A program made the translations under genes and the position numbers. 64,000 bases of DNA, from assembly GCA_963675295.2 (NCBI GenBank), contig CAXXKJ010000002.1:704001-768000 (forward strand), in the 5' to 3' direction. Position 1 is the stretch's first letter. Each line of letters begins with the position of its first letter. Below are positions 27,892 through 37,205 of the stretch, one piece after another. Below the pieces are notes generated by a model, which was given only the letters and a program-made list of their open reading frames with translations, was not told the origin of the DNA and made no database searches. The stretch is from a bacterium. Its GTDB lineage: Bacteria > Electryoneota > Electryoneia > Electryoneales > Electryoneaceae.

Positions 27892-30351
27892 GTGATGAAA
27901 TGCACATGGTGCGTCGTGTTGAGTCTCTTGTTGTTGTGTGGGACGGTACTCGCGCAGCCGGCACCGCATGGCTTGCGAGCAGACGTGAACCGGCTTGATG
28001 GCACGGTTGAACTGGGGTGGTATGCGTACAACCAGAGCGTATTAACGTACCACGACAACTCTCTCGAAACCGGTTGGTCGAACAACGGTGTCGCCGATCG
28101 TGTCTGGGCTCAGAAGTTGATTCCGGATGATACGGTGACGCTCAACGAGATCCACGTGTATGTGTTCGAAGCGTGGAGTGGGTCGAACTGGGTCCCGATG
28201 AACGACGTGCAGCTGCGCGTCTTCGACAGCAGCGGCGGGGACACACCGGGCGATCTGCTGTACACCTCGGCGGCGGACAGTCCGGACATGTCCGGGTGGG
28301 TTTCGGTGGACGTTTCCGGTGAAAGTCTGAGCTTCAGCGGCGAGTTCTGGGTCGGGGTTTCGTTCACAGTTTCCGGCGGCCCGTTTGTTGGTTTTGACGA
28401 GTCCAATCCGCAGACCGGCGTGTTGTATGCTGCCGATCCGCCGTATACCAACTGGAGTTCACTCGATTACTTCGGCGGCAACGTGGCGCTGCAGGTGTTG
28501 GTCGAGTCGGATGCGGCGGTTGCGTTGTTGACTCCGGCGGGTCCGTCCGAGATAACTCCGGCGAATCCAGCGCTGGCGCGGCGTGTGCCGGGTGATGCGT
28601 GGACTGGTGGCGAGATGTCGCTGGCACCGATCATGGCTTCAACCTCCAGCGAGCTGGATGAGTTCATCGAATACAAGGTCTATCGTGACGGTTCGGAAGT
28701 CGCTTCGGTGACAGACAACCATTACACCGACACGCTGAACGAGAAGGGTTCGGTCAGCTACGAAGTCACGGCCGTGCACAGCGACGGCGAGTCTAACCCG
28801 ACGAATGAGGTCGACGCGTACTGGTCGGGCCAGGTCGCGCCGCCGTTAAACGTACAGGCGGACACCGATCTGAGCACCGGCGACGTGACGTTGACGTGGG
28901 ACTCGTATGACTGGGGCACGCCGGACGAAACGTTGGCCTACTACCAGGCCCCGGGTGATGGGAACTATTACTGGGTTGGAGCGACGTTCTGTACAATGTT
29001 CCAACCGGCCGGTCCGGTGCGTTTGCTTTCGGCCCGTTTCTACCTGATGGGCGCGAGTGAATTTGGTGTTCAGATCTTCGACTTTGACGGCGATTGGCCG
29101 GACGAACTGTTGTACGAATACGACGGTCCGCAACATGATCCGGGCTGGGTCACGATTGACCTGTGCGATCAGGATCTGTTCTTCGAGGAACCGTTCGTGC
29201 TTGGTTTCCATGACCTCGATGGATCGAACTCGATTGGGTACAACGAAGACGACAACAACGTCAACTTCTCGCGCCGTCCGGACGGAAGCTGGGGCAATTT
29301 CAACGGCGAATTGCAGTTCTTCATTGAAGCCGTGGTTGAGTTTCCGGACGGAAATGTCGGCGTCATCGGTGGCGACGGCGAGTTGGACGACCTCACTGGT
29401 TTTGACATCTACCGCAACGGGTCATTGCTGACCAGTGTCGGGGCGGGTGTGAACAGCTACGTCGACGCATTGCCGGAAGAAGGGTTGTACAACTACTACG
29501 TGGTCGCGAACTACGACGAGGGTTCGGCGACGAGCAGGACCGTGTCCACCGTCTGGCAGCAGAACCTGTTGCCGAACGGCGATTTTGAGGCGTGGACCGG
29601 TGGTGAGCCGGACGCGTGGAACGTCGATATTGGCAACAACGCGACCATTCACGAGGAAACGTCGCTCGTGCAGCACGGGTCCAGTGCAGTCCGACTCGAG
29701 CTGGTCAGTGAAACGACCAAGAAGCTGAAGCAGGAAGTTCCGGCGGACGTCGGAGATGAATTCACCTTCCAGGCGTGGGTGTACGACGATGACGAACAGG
29801 GCCAGATGCAGATCAGCATCCTGTTCCGCGATGAGAACGGCGAAGGTGCGCAGGGCGAACAGGAAGGCGTTGACCAGTTTACCAGCGCCCCGACCGGCAA
29901 TCACAGTTCGTGGCAGCAGTTCAGCGTGACCGGTGTTGCGCCGGAGAACACGGTGGATGTGCGTGTCTACCTGCGTTTCATGGGCAGCAACGACTGGGTG
30001 GACGGCGCGACGCTGTATGTCGACAACGCCGCCCTGTTCGGTCCGAGCACCAGCGCGGTGACGGAGACGGCGGTCGAGCTGCCGTCGGGTACCGAAATCG
30101 CCGGTGTATATCCGAACCCGTTCAACCCGGAAACTCGTGCGCAGATCACGTTGCAGCAGCCCGGCATGACGAAGGTGGTGCTGTACAACGTGCTCGGCGA
30201 ACAGGTGGCGCTGTTGCAGGATGGTATGCTGACGGCGGGCCGGCACACGTTGCTGGTTGACGGCCGGTCGTTGAGCGCGGGGATGTACTTCCTGCAACTG
30301 CAGGTGGACGGTAAGTCGCGTGACATCGAACGCGTGCTGCTGCTGAAGTGA
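27892..30351 (+). CDS. Secreted multidomain protein (two beta-sandwich/FN3 modules, CBM-like domain) with T9SS CTD
   Basis: Signal peptide; YKVYRDG and FDIYRNG FN3 motifs; NLLPNGDFEAW; YPNPFNP..AGMYF..VLLLK. Confidence 0.85.
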   Translation: MMKCTWCVVLSLLLLCGTVLAQPAPHGLRADVNRLDGTVELGWYAYNQSVLTYHDNSLETGWSNNGVADRVWAQKLIPDDTVTLNEIHVYVFEAWSGSNWVPMNDVQLRVFDSSGGDTPGDLLYTSAADSPDMSGWVSVDVSGESLSFSGEFWVGVSFTVSGGPFVGFDESNPQTGVLYAADPPYTNWSSLDYFGGNVALQVLVESDAAVALLTPAGPSEITPANPALARRVPGDAWTGGEMSLAPIMASTSSELDEFIEYKVYRDGSEVASVTDNHYTDTLNEKGSVSYEVTAVHSDGESNPTNEVDAYWSGQVAPPLNVQADTDLSTGDVTLTWDSYDWGTPDETLAYYQAPGDGNYYWVGATFCTMFQPAGPVRLLSARFYLMGASEFGVQIFDFDGDWPDELLYEYDGPQHDPGWVTIDLCDQDLFFEEPFVLGFHDLDGSNSIGYNEDDNNVNFSRRPDGSWGNFNGELQFFIEAVVEFPDGNVGVIGGDGELDDLTGFDIYRNGSLLTSVGAGVNSYVDALPEEGLYNYYVVANYDEGSATSRTVSTVWQQNLLPNGDFEAWTGGEPDAWNVDIGNNATIHEETSLVQHGSSAVRLELVSETTKKLKQEVPADVGDEFTFQAWVYDDDEQGQMQISILFRDENGEGAQGEQEGVDQFTSAPTGNHSSWQQFSVTGVAPENTVDVRVYLRFMGSNDWVDGATLYVDNAALFGPSTSAVTETAVELPSGTEIAGVYPNPFNPETRAQITLQQPGMTKVVLYNVLGEQVALLQDGMLTAGRHTLLVDGRSLSAGMYFLQLQVDGKSRDIERVLLLK

Positions 30352-30360
30352 CGACGGATC

Positions 30361-30607
30361 GTGATGAGCTGTGAGTGAGAGTGGTGAGTTACAAAGCCGC
30401 GTCGGAATTCGACGTGGCTTTTTCAAAGAGTCGGCAGAACCAGGCATGTTACTACCGGGGACACTTACTCCCGCAAGTGACCCCGATGTTGTTTCTTACC
30501 ACGGACTTCAGTCCGTGGTACAAAGTAGCCCGGCATCGGGGATACCGGGCTGCTGGTTTTAATCAGTTCAGGGTTTACTCACAGCTCATAGCTCACGACT
30601 CAGAGCT
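30361..30607. repeat. BIME-like REP cluster with flanking inverted 7-mer arrays
   Basis: GATGAGCTGTGAG left and CTCACAGCTCATAGCTCAC right; CCACGGACTTCAGTCCGTGG (exact reverse complement of 26566-26585); GTAG-footed hairpin. Confidence 0.75.
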
Positions 30608-30612
30608 GCCGT

Positions 30613-32274
30613 TCAGCACCCGCAGCTTCCACCGCCGCAGCCGCAGTCGCCGTCGTCGCAGCCACCGTCGCCACATCCGCCACCGCCGCAGCCGCAGCTT
30701 CCACCACCGGAACGGGGCAGGGCCGCGCGTCCGGCGACGATGTCCGTGGCGAGGCCGAGTCGTTCGACGACATCGCCCGCGACAATTCCGCTGCTGCCGA
30801 GTTCATCGGCGGCGAGGTTGCCTGCGAGGCCGTGGATGGTTGTCCCGGCGATCGCGGCGTCCCGCGCGTTCAGTCCCTGCGCGAGCAAGCCGGCGATGGT
30901 GCCGGTGAGCACGTCGCCCATCCCGGCGGAGGCCATCCCCGGGTTTCCGGCGAGGATGCAGTAGGCCGGGCCGGACGGTCCGGCAACGAGGGTCGGCACG
31001 CCCTTGAGCAGGATCGTGCAGCCCCATTCGCGCGCGTACTTCTTGACCGTCTCGACACGGTTCGACTCGATCTCATCGATGCTGAGGCCGGTGAGGCGTG
31101 CGAATTCGCCGACATGCGGCGTGAGCACGACATTTTCGCCCAACTTGCCGAGCAGCTCCCTGCGTTCGGCGAGGGCGTTGAGGCCGTCGGCGTCGATTAC
31201 CGTCGGCAACGGCAGGTCCTGGGCGTGTTCGGCGAACCAGGCGACGGTTTCCGGATTCATGGTGAGGCCGGGGCCGATGACTTCGACGTCCGCCCAGGTG
31301 CGGGCACCGTCGATGGTGGTCTCGGCGGCTTCGGAAATCGTGCCGTGGCCCGATTCTTCGACCGGAATGGTCATGATTTCGGCGTGTCCACCGCCGGCGA
31401 GGATCGCCTGTGCCGATTTCGCGGTGGCGACCTTGACCATGCCCGCGCCGGAACGGAGGACTGAGCGTCCCGCCAGCTCCGCCGCGCCGGTCATGCCGAC
31501 CGATCCGGCGACGACCAGCACCTTGCCGAAGTCGCCCTTGTGGGCGCCCATCGGACGCACCGGCATCATTTCGTAAACATCGCCCGGCTCGATGAAGAAC
31601 AGCGGGATGTCCATCTCATGCACGAATTGCGGCGGGATCTGGATGTCGACGCGCGAGATACGTCCGGAATGGTCAATGCCCGGCGGGATCAGGTGGCCGA
31701 CCTTGATTTCGCCGAAGGTGGCGGTGACATCGGCCATCACGGCCGCGCCTTCCGTCGCGCCGGTGGAGCCGTTGACGCCGGACGGAATATCCACCGCGAC
31801 AACCGGCGTGCCAGACTTGTTGATCGCCTCGATGGCGTCCGCGATGATGCCGCGCGGGGCACCGTTCATGCCGGTGCCGAGCAGAGCGTCGATGATGATG
31901 TGCGCGTGCGGCAGGCGCGAGAGCTGGCGCTGTTCCTCGATGACGGTGATCGCGCCGCCCAGTTTCTGGTAAATGTCCATGTTGGTCTTCGCGTCGCCGG
32001 AGATCTTTTCCAGCGGCGTGCAGACATAGGCCGCGACCTCGCAGCCGGCGTTGAGCAGACGGCGGGCGATGGCGAATCCGTCACCGCCGTTGTTGCCCGG
32101 GCCGACGAAGACGAGGGCGTGCGCACCGGCGACATTGCCGCCGAGCAGTTGTTCGATCTCAAGCATGACGCCGCGTGCGGCGAGTTCCATCAACACGATA
32201 CCGGGCAGGCCGACGTCCTCGATGGTTCGCCGGTCGAGGTCACGCATCTGGTCGGGGACGACAATCGGACGCAT
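30613..32274 (-). CDS. nnr: Bifunctional NAD(P)H-hydrate epimerase/dehydratase (YjeF/Nnr) with Cys/Gly-rich tail
   Basis: LMELAA, GPGNNGGDG, DIPSG, HKGDFG, DADGL, LTPH.GEF, GMGDVLTG. Confidence 0.95.
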   Translation of the reverse strand: MRPIVVPDQMRDLDRRTIEDVGLPGIVLMELAARGVMLEIEQLLGGNVAGAHALVFVGPGNNGGDGFAIARRLLNAGCEVAAYVCTPLEKISGDAKTNMDIYQKLGGAITVIEEQRQLSRLPHAHIIIDALLGTGMNGAPRGIIADAIEAINKSGTPVVAVDIPSGVNGSTGATEGAAVMADVTATFGEIKVGHLIPPGIDHSGRISRVDIQIPPQFVHEMDIPLFFIEPGDVYEMMPVRPMGAHKGDFGKVLVVAGSVGMTGAAELAGRSVLRSGAGMVKVATAKSAQAILAGGGHAEIMTIPVEESGHGTISEAAETTIDGARTWADVEVIGPGLTMNPETVAWFAEHAQDLPLPTVIDADGLNALAERRELLGKLGENVVLTPHVGEFARLTGLSIDEIESNRVETVKKYAREWGCTILLKGVPTLVAGPSGPAYCILAGNPGMASAGMGDVLTGTIAGLLAQGLNARDAAIAGTTIHGLAGNLAADELGSSGIVAGDVVERLGLATDIVAGRAALPRSGGGSCGCGGGGCGDGGCDDGDCGCGGGSCGC

Positions 32275-32483
32275 ATGAAAATACTCCTTGGTCTGGTGTG
32301 AACGAGTGGGGGGTAAGTTAGGCTCCCCTTTGGCTCGGGTCCAAGCTCCCTTGAGCCCGAGAAAATGCGAAAAGGAGTACCATCGCCAAATTTTAATATT
32401 TATATTATCACTCAGAATTTACAATTACCGGGATCTCCAACGACGCTTCGTGCGTGTAAGGTAACACACGCATCGGTGAGGAG

Positions 32484-33008
32484 GTGAAGATGGAACAGCG
32501 ATCACCGGCACGGTTCTGGAATCTGCTACGCAACGCGGTCACGTTGCTTTTGTTGGGCCTGTTGGGCATCGAGGTGACGATTGTCCTGGATCTGTACAGC
32601 ATCCAGGTGATTGTTTCTGGATTGCCGGCATGGCCCTTGTTGCTTTTTGGCTGGCTCCTGGTGGGTGTGGGGGTGCTGCTGTTGGTTGGCGGCTTGCAGC
32701 GCATGGAAGTGCGTAAATGGGTCGTGGGTCTGGATGATTTAATGACATCGGGCCCGTTTCGGTATGTGCGTCGTCCGGTATACGGCGGTGTGTTGTTGGT
32801 GTTGGTGGGCGCCGGGTTGCTGTTGGACCTGCCGGGCCTGCTGGTTACGGGAGTCCTGTGGTCGGGAGTGGCGATGGTGTACAGCCGCATCGAGGATCGT
32901 GGGATCAGGGACCGGCTCGGACAGGGGTACAAGTCGTATTGCCGTTGCACCCCGTTGCTGCTGCCGCATCTCGGACGGATGATGGTCGATTTGTTCAGGG
33001 CGCAATGA
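32484..33008 (+). CDS. Isoprenylcysteine carboxyl methyltransferase / PEMT family membrane protein
   Basis: LMTSGPFRYVRRPVYGG..IED..LGQGY..Y..TP. Confidence 0.8.
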   Translation: MKMEQRSPARFWNLLRNAVTLLLLGLLGIEVTIVLDLYSIQVIVSGLPAWPLLLFGWLLVGVGVLLLVGGLQRMEVRKWVVGLDDLMTSGPFRYVRRPVYGGVLLVLVGAGLLLDLPGLLVTGVLWSGVAMVYSRIEDRGIRDRLGQGYKSYCRCTPLLLPHLGRMMVDLFRAQ

Positions 33009-33238
33009 AGGCTGGACACGAGTATCAGTGATGGTGGACGCGGAATTCCATCAGACCATGGGGAGAGCTGGGCAACCGGCTCTCCCCGCTCTCAATGGAT
33101 TGGGAATCTTGATCGAAGTACTGGTCTATCCCGGGAATAAAACCTAAATTATGAGTGAAGTTCTTGCCAGTTTCCTCCGGTGGACGATCGCCGATTGCAC
33201 TGCAGCGTGCAGGGACAAGGCCAAACCCGGGAGGTTTC

Positions 33239-33769
33239 ATGCGTACACAGTCTCGCATCAACCTGTGGATTCCGGTCAAGGTCGCCGGTACGGTTATGCT
33301 GATTTGCCTCGCGTGTGACGGACTGGTATACCTCCTCAACATTCCCACGATTTCCCGTTTATTGCCTGATATTCCGTACTGGGTGTTTTCGTTTGCCGGT
33401 TGGCTGCATGTGGCGCTCGGCGGGTTGCTGTTTGTCTCCGGCCTGATCCGTCTCGGCTTCCGTGCCGCAGCGGGTGCGCCGGCGGATTTGATTACGGACG
33501 GTCCGTTCCGTTATGTCCGCAGTCCGATGTATGGCGGGCTGGCGTTGATCGTTGCCGGTTGCGGGCTGGTGTTCAACCAGATCGCCTTACTGCTGGCGTC
33601 GCTGATGTGGCTGGTGATTGCGCGGCAGTTCTGCATGGATGAGGAACGGCTGCTGGCTCGTCTGTTCGGACGTTCGTACACCCGGTATCGAAATTCGACG
33701 CCGCTGCTGATTCCGCACGTGGGCCGGATTCTGGGGGACTTCTTCAACGTGCGGCGTCCGATCTTGTGA
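33239..33769 (+). CDS. Isoprenylcysteine carboxyl methyltransferase / PEMT family membrane protein (tandem paralog)
   Basis: LITDGPFRYVRSPMYGG..EERLL..FG..Y..Y..TP; GGAGG RBS before ATG 33239. Confidence 0.82.
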   Translation: MRTQSRINLWIPVKVAGTVMLICLACDGLVYLLNIPTISRLLPDIPYWVFSFAGWLHVALGGLLFVSGLIRLGFRAAAGAPADLITDGPFRYVRSPMYGGLALIVAGCGLVFNQIALLLASLMWLVIARQFCMDEERLLARLFGRSYTRYRNSTPLLIPHVGRILGDFFNVRRPIL

Positions 33770-33868
33770 CCCACTCGCGGGCGAATCGCCCGGTTGCAGT
33801 GGACTTGAGCCGTGCCATCCGCTACCTTCGGATCGAACAGACTGTTCGTCCGAAGGATTTTTTCTCTC

Positions 33869-34504
33869 ATGCCCGATCCTGATCTGAAAATCGTCGGTTT
33901 TGACCCTGGCACCGCGGTGACCGGTTGGGCGGCGTTGCTCGGTCCGCGCCGCCCGCGTTTAGTGCGTGCGGGTGCGATCCGGGCGAAGGCGAACCAGCCG
34001 ATCGAAAAACGTTTGCTGGCGATCTACCGGGGTGTGATGGAGGTGCTGGACGAGTATGCTCCGGACGTTGTCGCGATCGAGGATCCGTTTGTTGGGAAGA
34101 ATCCGTCGGGTGCGCTGACGTTGGGCCAGGCTCGCGGGGTGATTCTGCTCGCGGTGGCGCAGCGGGAGTGCGAGGTTGTCAACTACACGCCGGCGACGAT
34201 CAAGGCGTCGGTGGTTGGCAAGGGATCGGCGGAGAAGGAGCAGGTGCGGGAGATGGTGACGCGGCTGCTCGGGTTGCAGGAGTTGCCGGAACCGTTGGAC
34301 GCGTCTGACGCGATCGCGGTGGCGTTGTGCCACATCAACCGTGGAATGAATGCGGCGTACACGGCGGGGCATGCCGGGACGACATCCTCGGGCGGTGCGG
34401 AGAGCGCGGCATCGGGCACGCAGAAACGGGCACAGAAACTTGCGGCGCGCAAGGAGGACGCGGATGCGTTGGCGCGCTGGTTGTCGGGAGGCCGGAACAA
34501 ATGA
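33869..34504 (+). CDS. ruvC: Holliday junction resolvase RuvC
   Basis: VGFDPG, VAIED, LGQARG, G.GSAEKEQV, DASDAIAVALCH. Confidence 0.95.
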   Translation: MPDPDLKIVGFDPGTAVTGWAALLGPRRPRLVRAGAIRAKANQPIEKRLLAIYRGVMEVLDEYAPDVVAIEDPFVGKNPSGALTLGQARGVILLAVAQRECEVVNYTPATIKASVVGKGSAEKEQVREMVTRLLGLQELPEPLDASDAIAVALCHINRGMNAAYTAGHAGTTSSGGAESAASGTQKRAQKLAARKEDADALARWLSGGRNK

Positions 34505-35109
34505 TCGACCGGATTGAGGGGAAGGTGCTGGAGCTGGAGCCGACGCATGCGGTGCTGGATGTCGGCGGGGTCGCGTTTTTTCTCTCGATTACGGTGCAGA
34601 CCTACGAACACTTAGGTCGTACGAAAAAGGCTCTCCTTTTTACGTACCTGCACGTGCGTGAGGACATCCTGCAGTTGTATGGCTTCCACAGCAAGGATGA
34701 GCGCGAGGCGTTCAAGGTGCTGATCTCGATCAGCGGTGTCGGGCCTCGGGTGGCGCGGGCGATTTTGTCGTCGGTAAGCGCGACGACGTTGCGCGATGCG
34801 GTCACGGCGGGGGACTGGAAGCGGTTGACGGCGGCGCCGGGTGTCGGGCGGAAGCTGGCGGAGCGGATGGTGGTCGAGTTGCGTGGCAAGTTGGCGGACG
34901 CGTTGGAAACGGTCGAACCTTCTTCAGCGGGCGGAGAAGCAGCGGCGGGGTATGCGGGGCGTGCCGGTGCGATCCGGGAGGCGGTGGAGGCTCTGGTGAC
35001 TCTCGGCCATTCCCAATTGTCGGCGGAGAAGCTTGTAACCAAGGCGGCGAAAGGGATGCCGGATGATGCGGGCGTTGAGGATCTGCTGAAATCGGCTCTC
35101 TCCTCGTGA
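34501..35109 (+). CDS. ruvA: Holliday junction branch migration protein RuvA
   Basis: MIDRIEGK, HVRED..LYGF, SGVGPR, PGVGRKLAERM..EL; ATGA overlap with ruvC. Confidence 0.96.
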   Translation: MIDRIEGKVLELEPTHAVLDVGGVAFFLSITVQTYEHLGRTKKALLFTYLHVREDILQLYGFHSKDEREAFKVLISISGVGPRVARAILSSVSATTLRDAVTAGDWKRLTAAPGVGRKLAERMVVELRGKLADALETVEPSSAGGEAAAGYAGRAGAIREAVEALVTLGHSQLSAEKLVTKAAKGMPDDAGVEDLLKSALSS

Positions 35110-35711
35110 GTGGAAACCCGCCAACGTCTCTATTTGAGCCCACATGGCGGACTCGGCTGCTATATTAAAGTTAGCAAGTGGCTTGCCGGCTGTTTGCAAA
35201 ATGGACGATTGGTCAGTTTTGCTCGCCAAACATGAAAAAACGATGCGACCGGAGTCATGTTGCCTTGCGGGTTTTCAGTGGCGGGGATATATTGACCGAA
35301 CTCAAATGGGCGCGGAACCAGGAGAGAGGGTTGGAAGTGTCATTCCTTTTGTCTGGTTGCGTTCGCGGGGGAGCGAACGGGGCCCTACCGACTTGGGTAC
35401 TGGCTGCGGAGAGGTCGTCACAGCACGGTTAACGTCCTGAGTTTGCTTGCAAAGTGGACGACGCATCATTCTATCGAGAAGCGCATTGATGTTGATAGCC
35501 GGGCGTGTTCATAACGACCCCGACGGATCCAGCCTGCGTCAGCGGACTTGCTGACGTACGACGGCTGCCCGCGTCGGGGTGTTCTGTTCCGGTCCGGGTC
35601 GCATTTTCCTATTGTAACTACAAGATAATCAGCTAGTTATCCGACGACATACGATCGCTTGGACGTTACACATTTTGCATAAACAGCAAACCTGAACGTG
35701 GAGGCAGGAGG

Positions 35712-37034
35712 ATGGCGGGCTTCGACAAGATCGTCGTGCCGGATGGCGGCGCACCGATAACGATTGACGATGGCAAGTTGTCGGTTCCGACGAATCCGAT
35801 CATTCCGTTCATCGAAGGTGACGGAATCGGGCGCGATATCTGGAAGGCGTCGGTACGTGTTTTTGACGCAGCAATCGAGAAGGCGTACGGCGGTGAACGA
35901 AAAGTGCACTGGATGGAGATCTACGCCGGCGAGAAGGCTGTCGCGACGTATGGCGATGGTATTTGGATGCCGGAGGAGACCTTCGAAGCCATCCGTCAGT
36001 TCCTCGTTGCGATCAAGGGTCCGTTGACCACACCGGTCGGTGGTGGTTTCCGCAGCCTCAACGTGACGTTGCGGCAGGTATTGGATCTGTACGCGTGTGT
36101 ACGTCCGGTGAAGCATTATGAGGGCGTGCCGAGTCCGTCCAAGCGTGCGGATGAGATGAACATGATCATTTTCCGTGAAAACACGGAAGATGTGTACAGC
36201 GGTGTTGAGTTCCGCTCGGGTTCGCCGGAAGCAAAGCGCATCATCAAGATGCTGAAGGAAGAGTACGGCAAGACGCAGATTCGTGATGACGCTGGCATCG
36301 GCATCAAGCCGATGAGTCCGACGGGCACGAAGCAGCTTGTCCGCAAGGCGATCGACTGGGCGATTGCGCATCAGTTGCCATCGGTGACCCTGATGCACAA
36401 GGGCAACATCATGAAGTTCACCGAGGGTGCCTTCAAGGACTGGGGCTACGAAGTCGCGACGCAGGAGTATCGCGACCACATAATCACCGAATCCGAATTG
36501 TGGGATGAGGTGGTTGCGGACGACGGCGTCACTCCGATCGAAAAGCCGGGCGCTTTTGCTGACCTGCGTGGTGGCAAGCCGGCGGGTGATCCGAACGGCC
36601 GCATCGTGGTCAAGGATCGCATCGCGGACAGCATGTTCCAGCAGATTCAGACCCGTCCGGGTGAGTATTCGGTGGTGGTGACGCCGAACCTGAACGGCGA
36701 CTACATCTCGGATGCCGGGGCGGCGCTGGTCGGTGGCCTGGGCCTCGCGTCCGGCGCAAACATCGGCGATTTCATGGGTCTGTTCGAAGCGACGCATGGG
36801 ACGGCACCGAAGTATGCGGACAAGGATGTGATCAACCCGTCATCGGTGATGTTGTCAGGCAAGATGATGTTTGATTACATCGGCTGGACGGAAGTCGGGA
36901 CGATCGTTGAGACTGCGATTCAGAAAACGATCAGCCAGAAGCGCGTCACGTACGATCTGCATCGTCAGATGGACGGCGCGACGAAGCTGAAGACGTCTGA
37001 GTACGCCGGCGCGATCATTGAAAACATGAATTGA
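35712..37034 (+). CDS. icd: NADP-dependent isocitrate dehydrogenase (E. coli type)
   Basis: [54 protein letters not shown]. Confidence 0.98.
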   Translation: MAGFDKIVVPDGGAPITIDDGKLSVPTNPIIPFIEGDGIGRDIWKASVRVFDAAIEKAYGGERKVHWMEIYAGEKAVATYGDGIWMPEETFEAIRQFLVAIKGPLTTPVGGGFRSLNVTLRQVLDLYACVRPVKHYEGVPSPSKRADEMNMIIFRENTEDVYSGVEFRSGSPEAKRIIKMLKEEYGKTQIRDDAGIGIKPMSPTGTKQLVRKAIDWAIAHQLPSVTLMHKGNIMKFTEGAFKDWGYEVATQEYRDHIITESELWDEVVADDGVTPIEKPGAFADLRGGKPAGDPNGRIVVKDRIADSMFQQIQTRPGEYSVVVTPNLNGDYISDAGAALVGGLGLASGANIGDFMGLFEATHGTAPKYADKDVINPSSVMLSGKMMFDYIGWTEVGTIVETAIQKTISQKRVTYDLHRQMDGATKLKTSEYAGAIIENMN

Positions 37035-37075
37035 AGCGGTTGATGCCGCATAAGGTAGACGGTTGTCATGTTGAG

Positions 37076-37116
37076 TCTCAGGGGAGCCATGCAAAGCCCC
37101 CTGAGACGCAGCTTTT
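37076..37116 (+). terminator. Probable terminator after icd
   Basis: GTCTCAGGGG..CCCCTGAGAC followed by GCAGCTTTT. Confidence 0.6.
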
Positions 37117-37205
37117 GGGATTTCACAGGGTCAGAGCTTGTTCCCGTGTGAGACGGCGTCTACTTTAGTAAGACTGTATACGTGTGGACGAAGACGGAGG
37201 TTACC

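Noticed and set aside
35498-35594. Possible SRP (4.5S) RNA
   Set aside because: Lacks the conserved CAGG..GNAA..AGCA helix-8 motif on either strand
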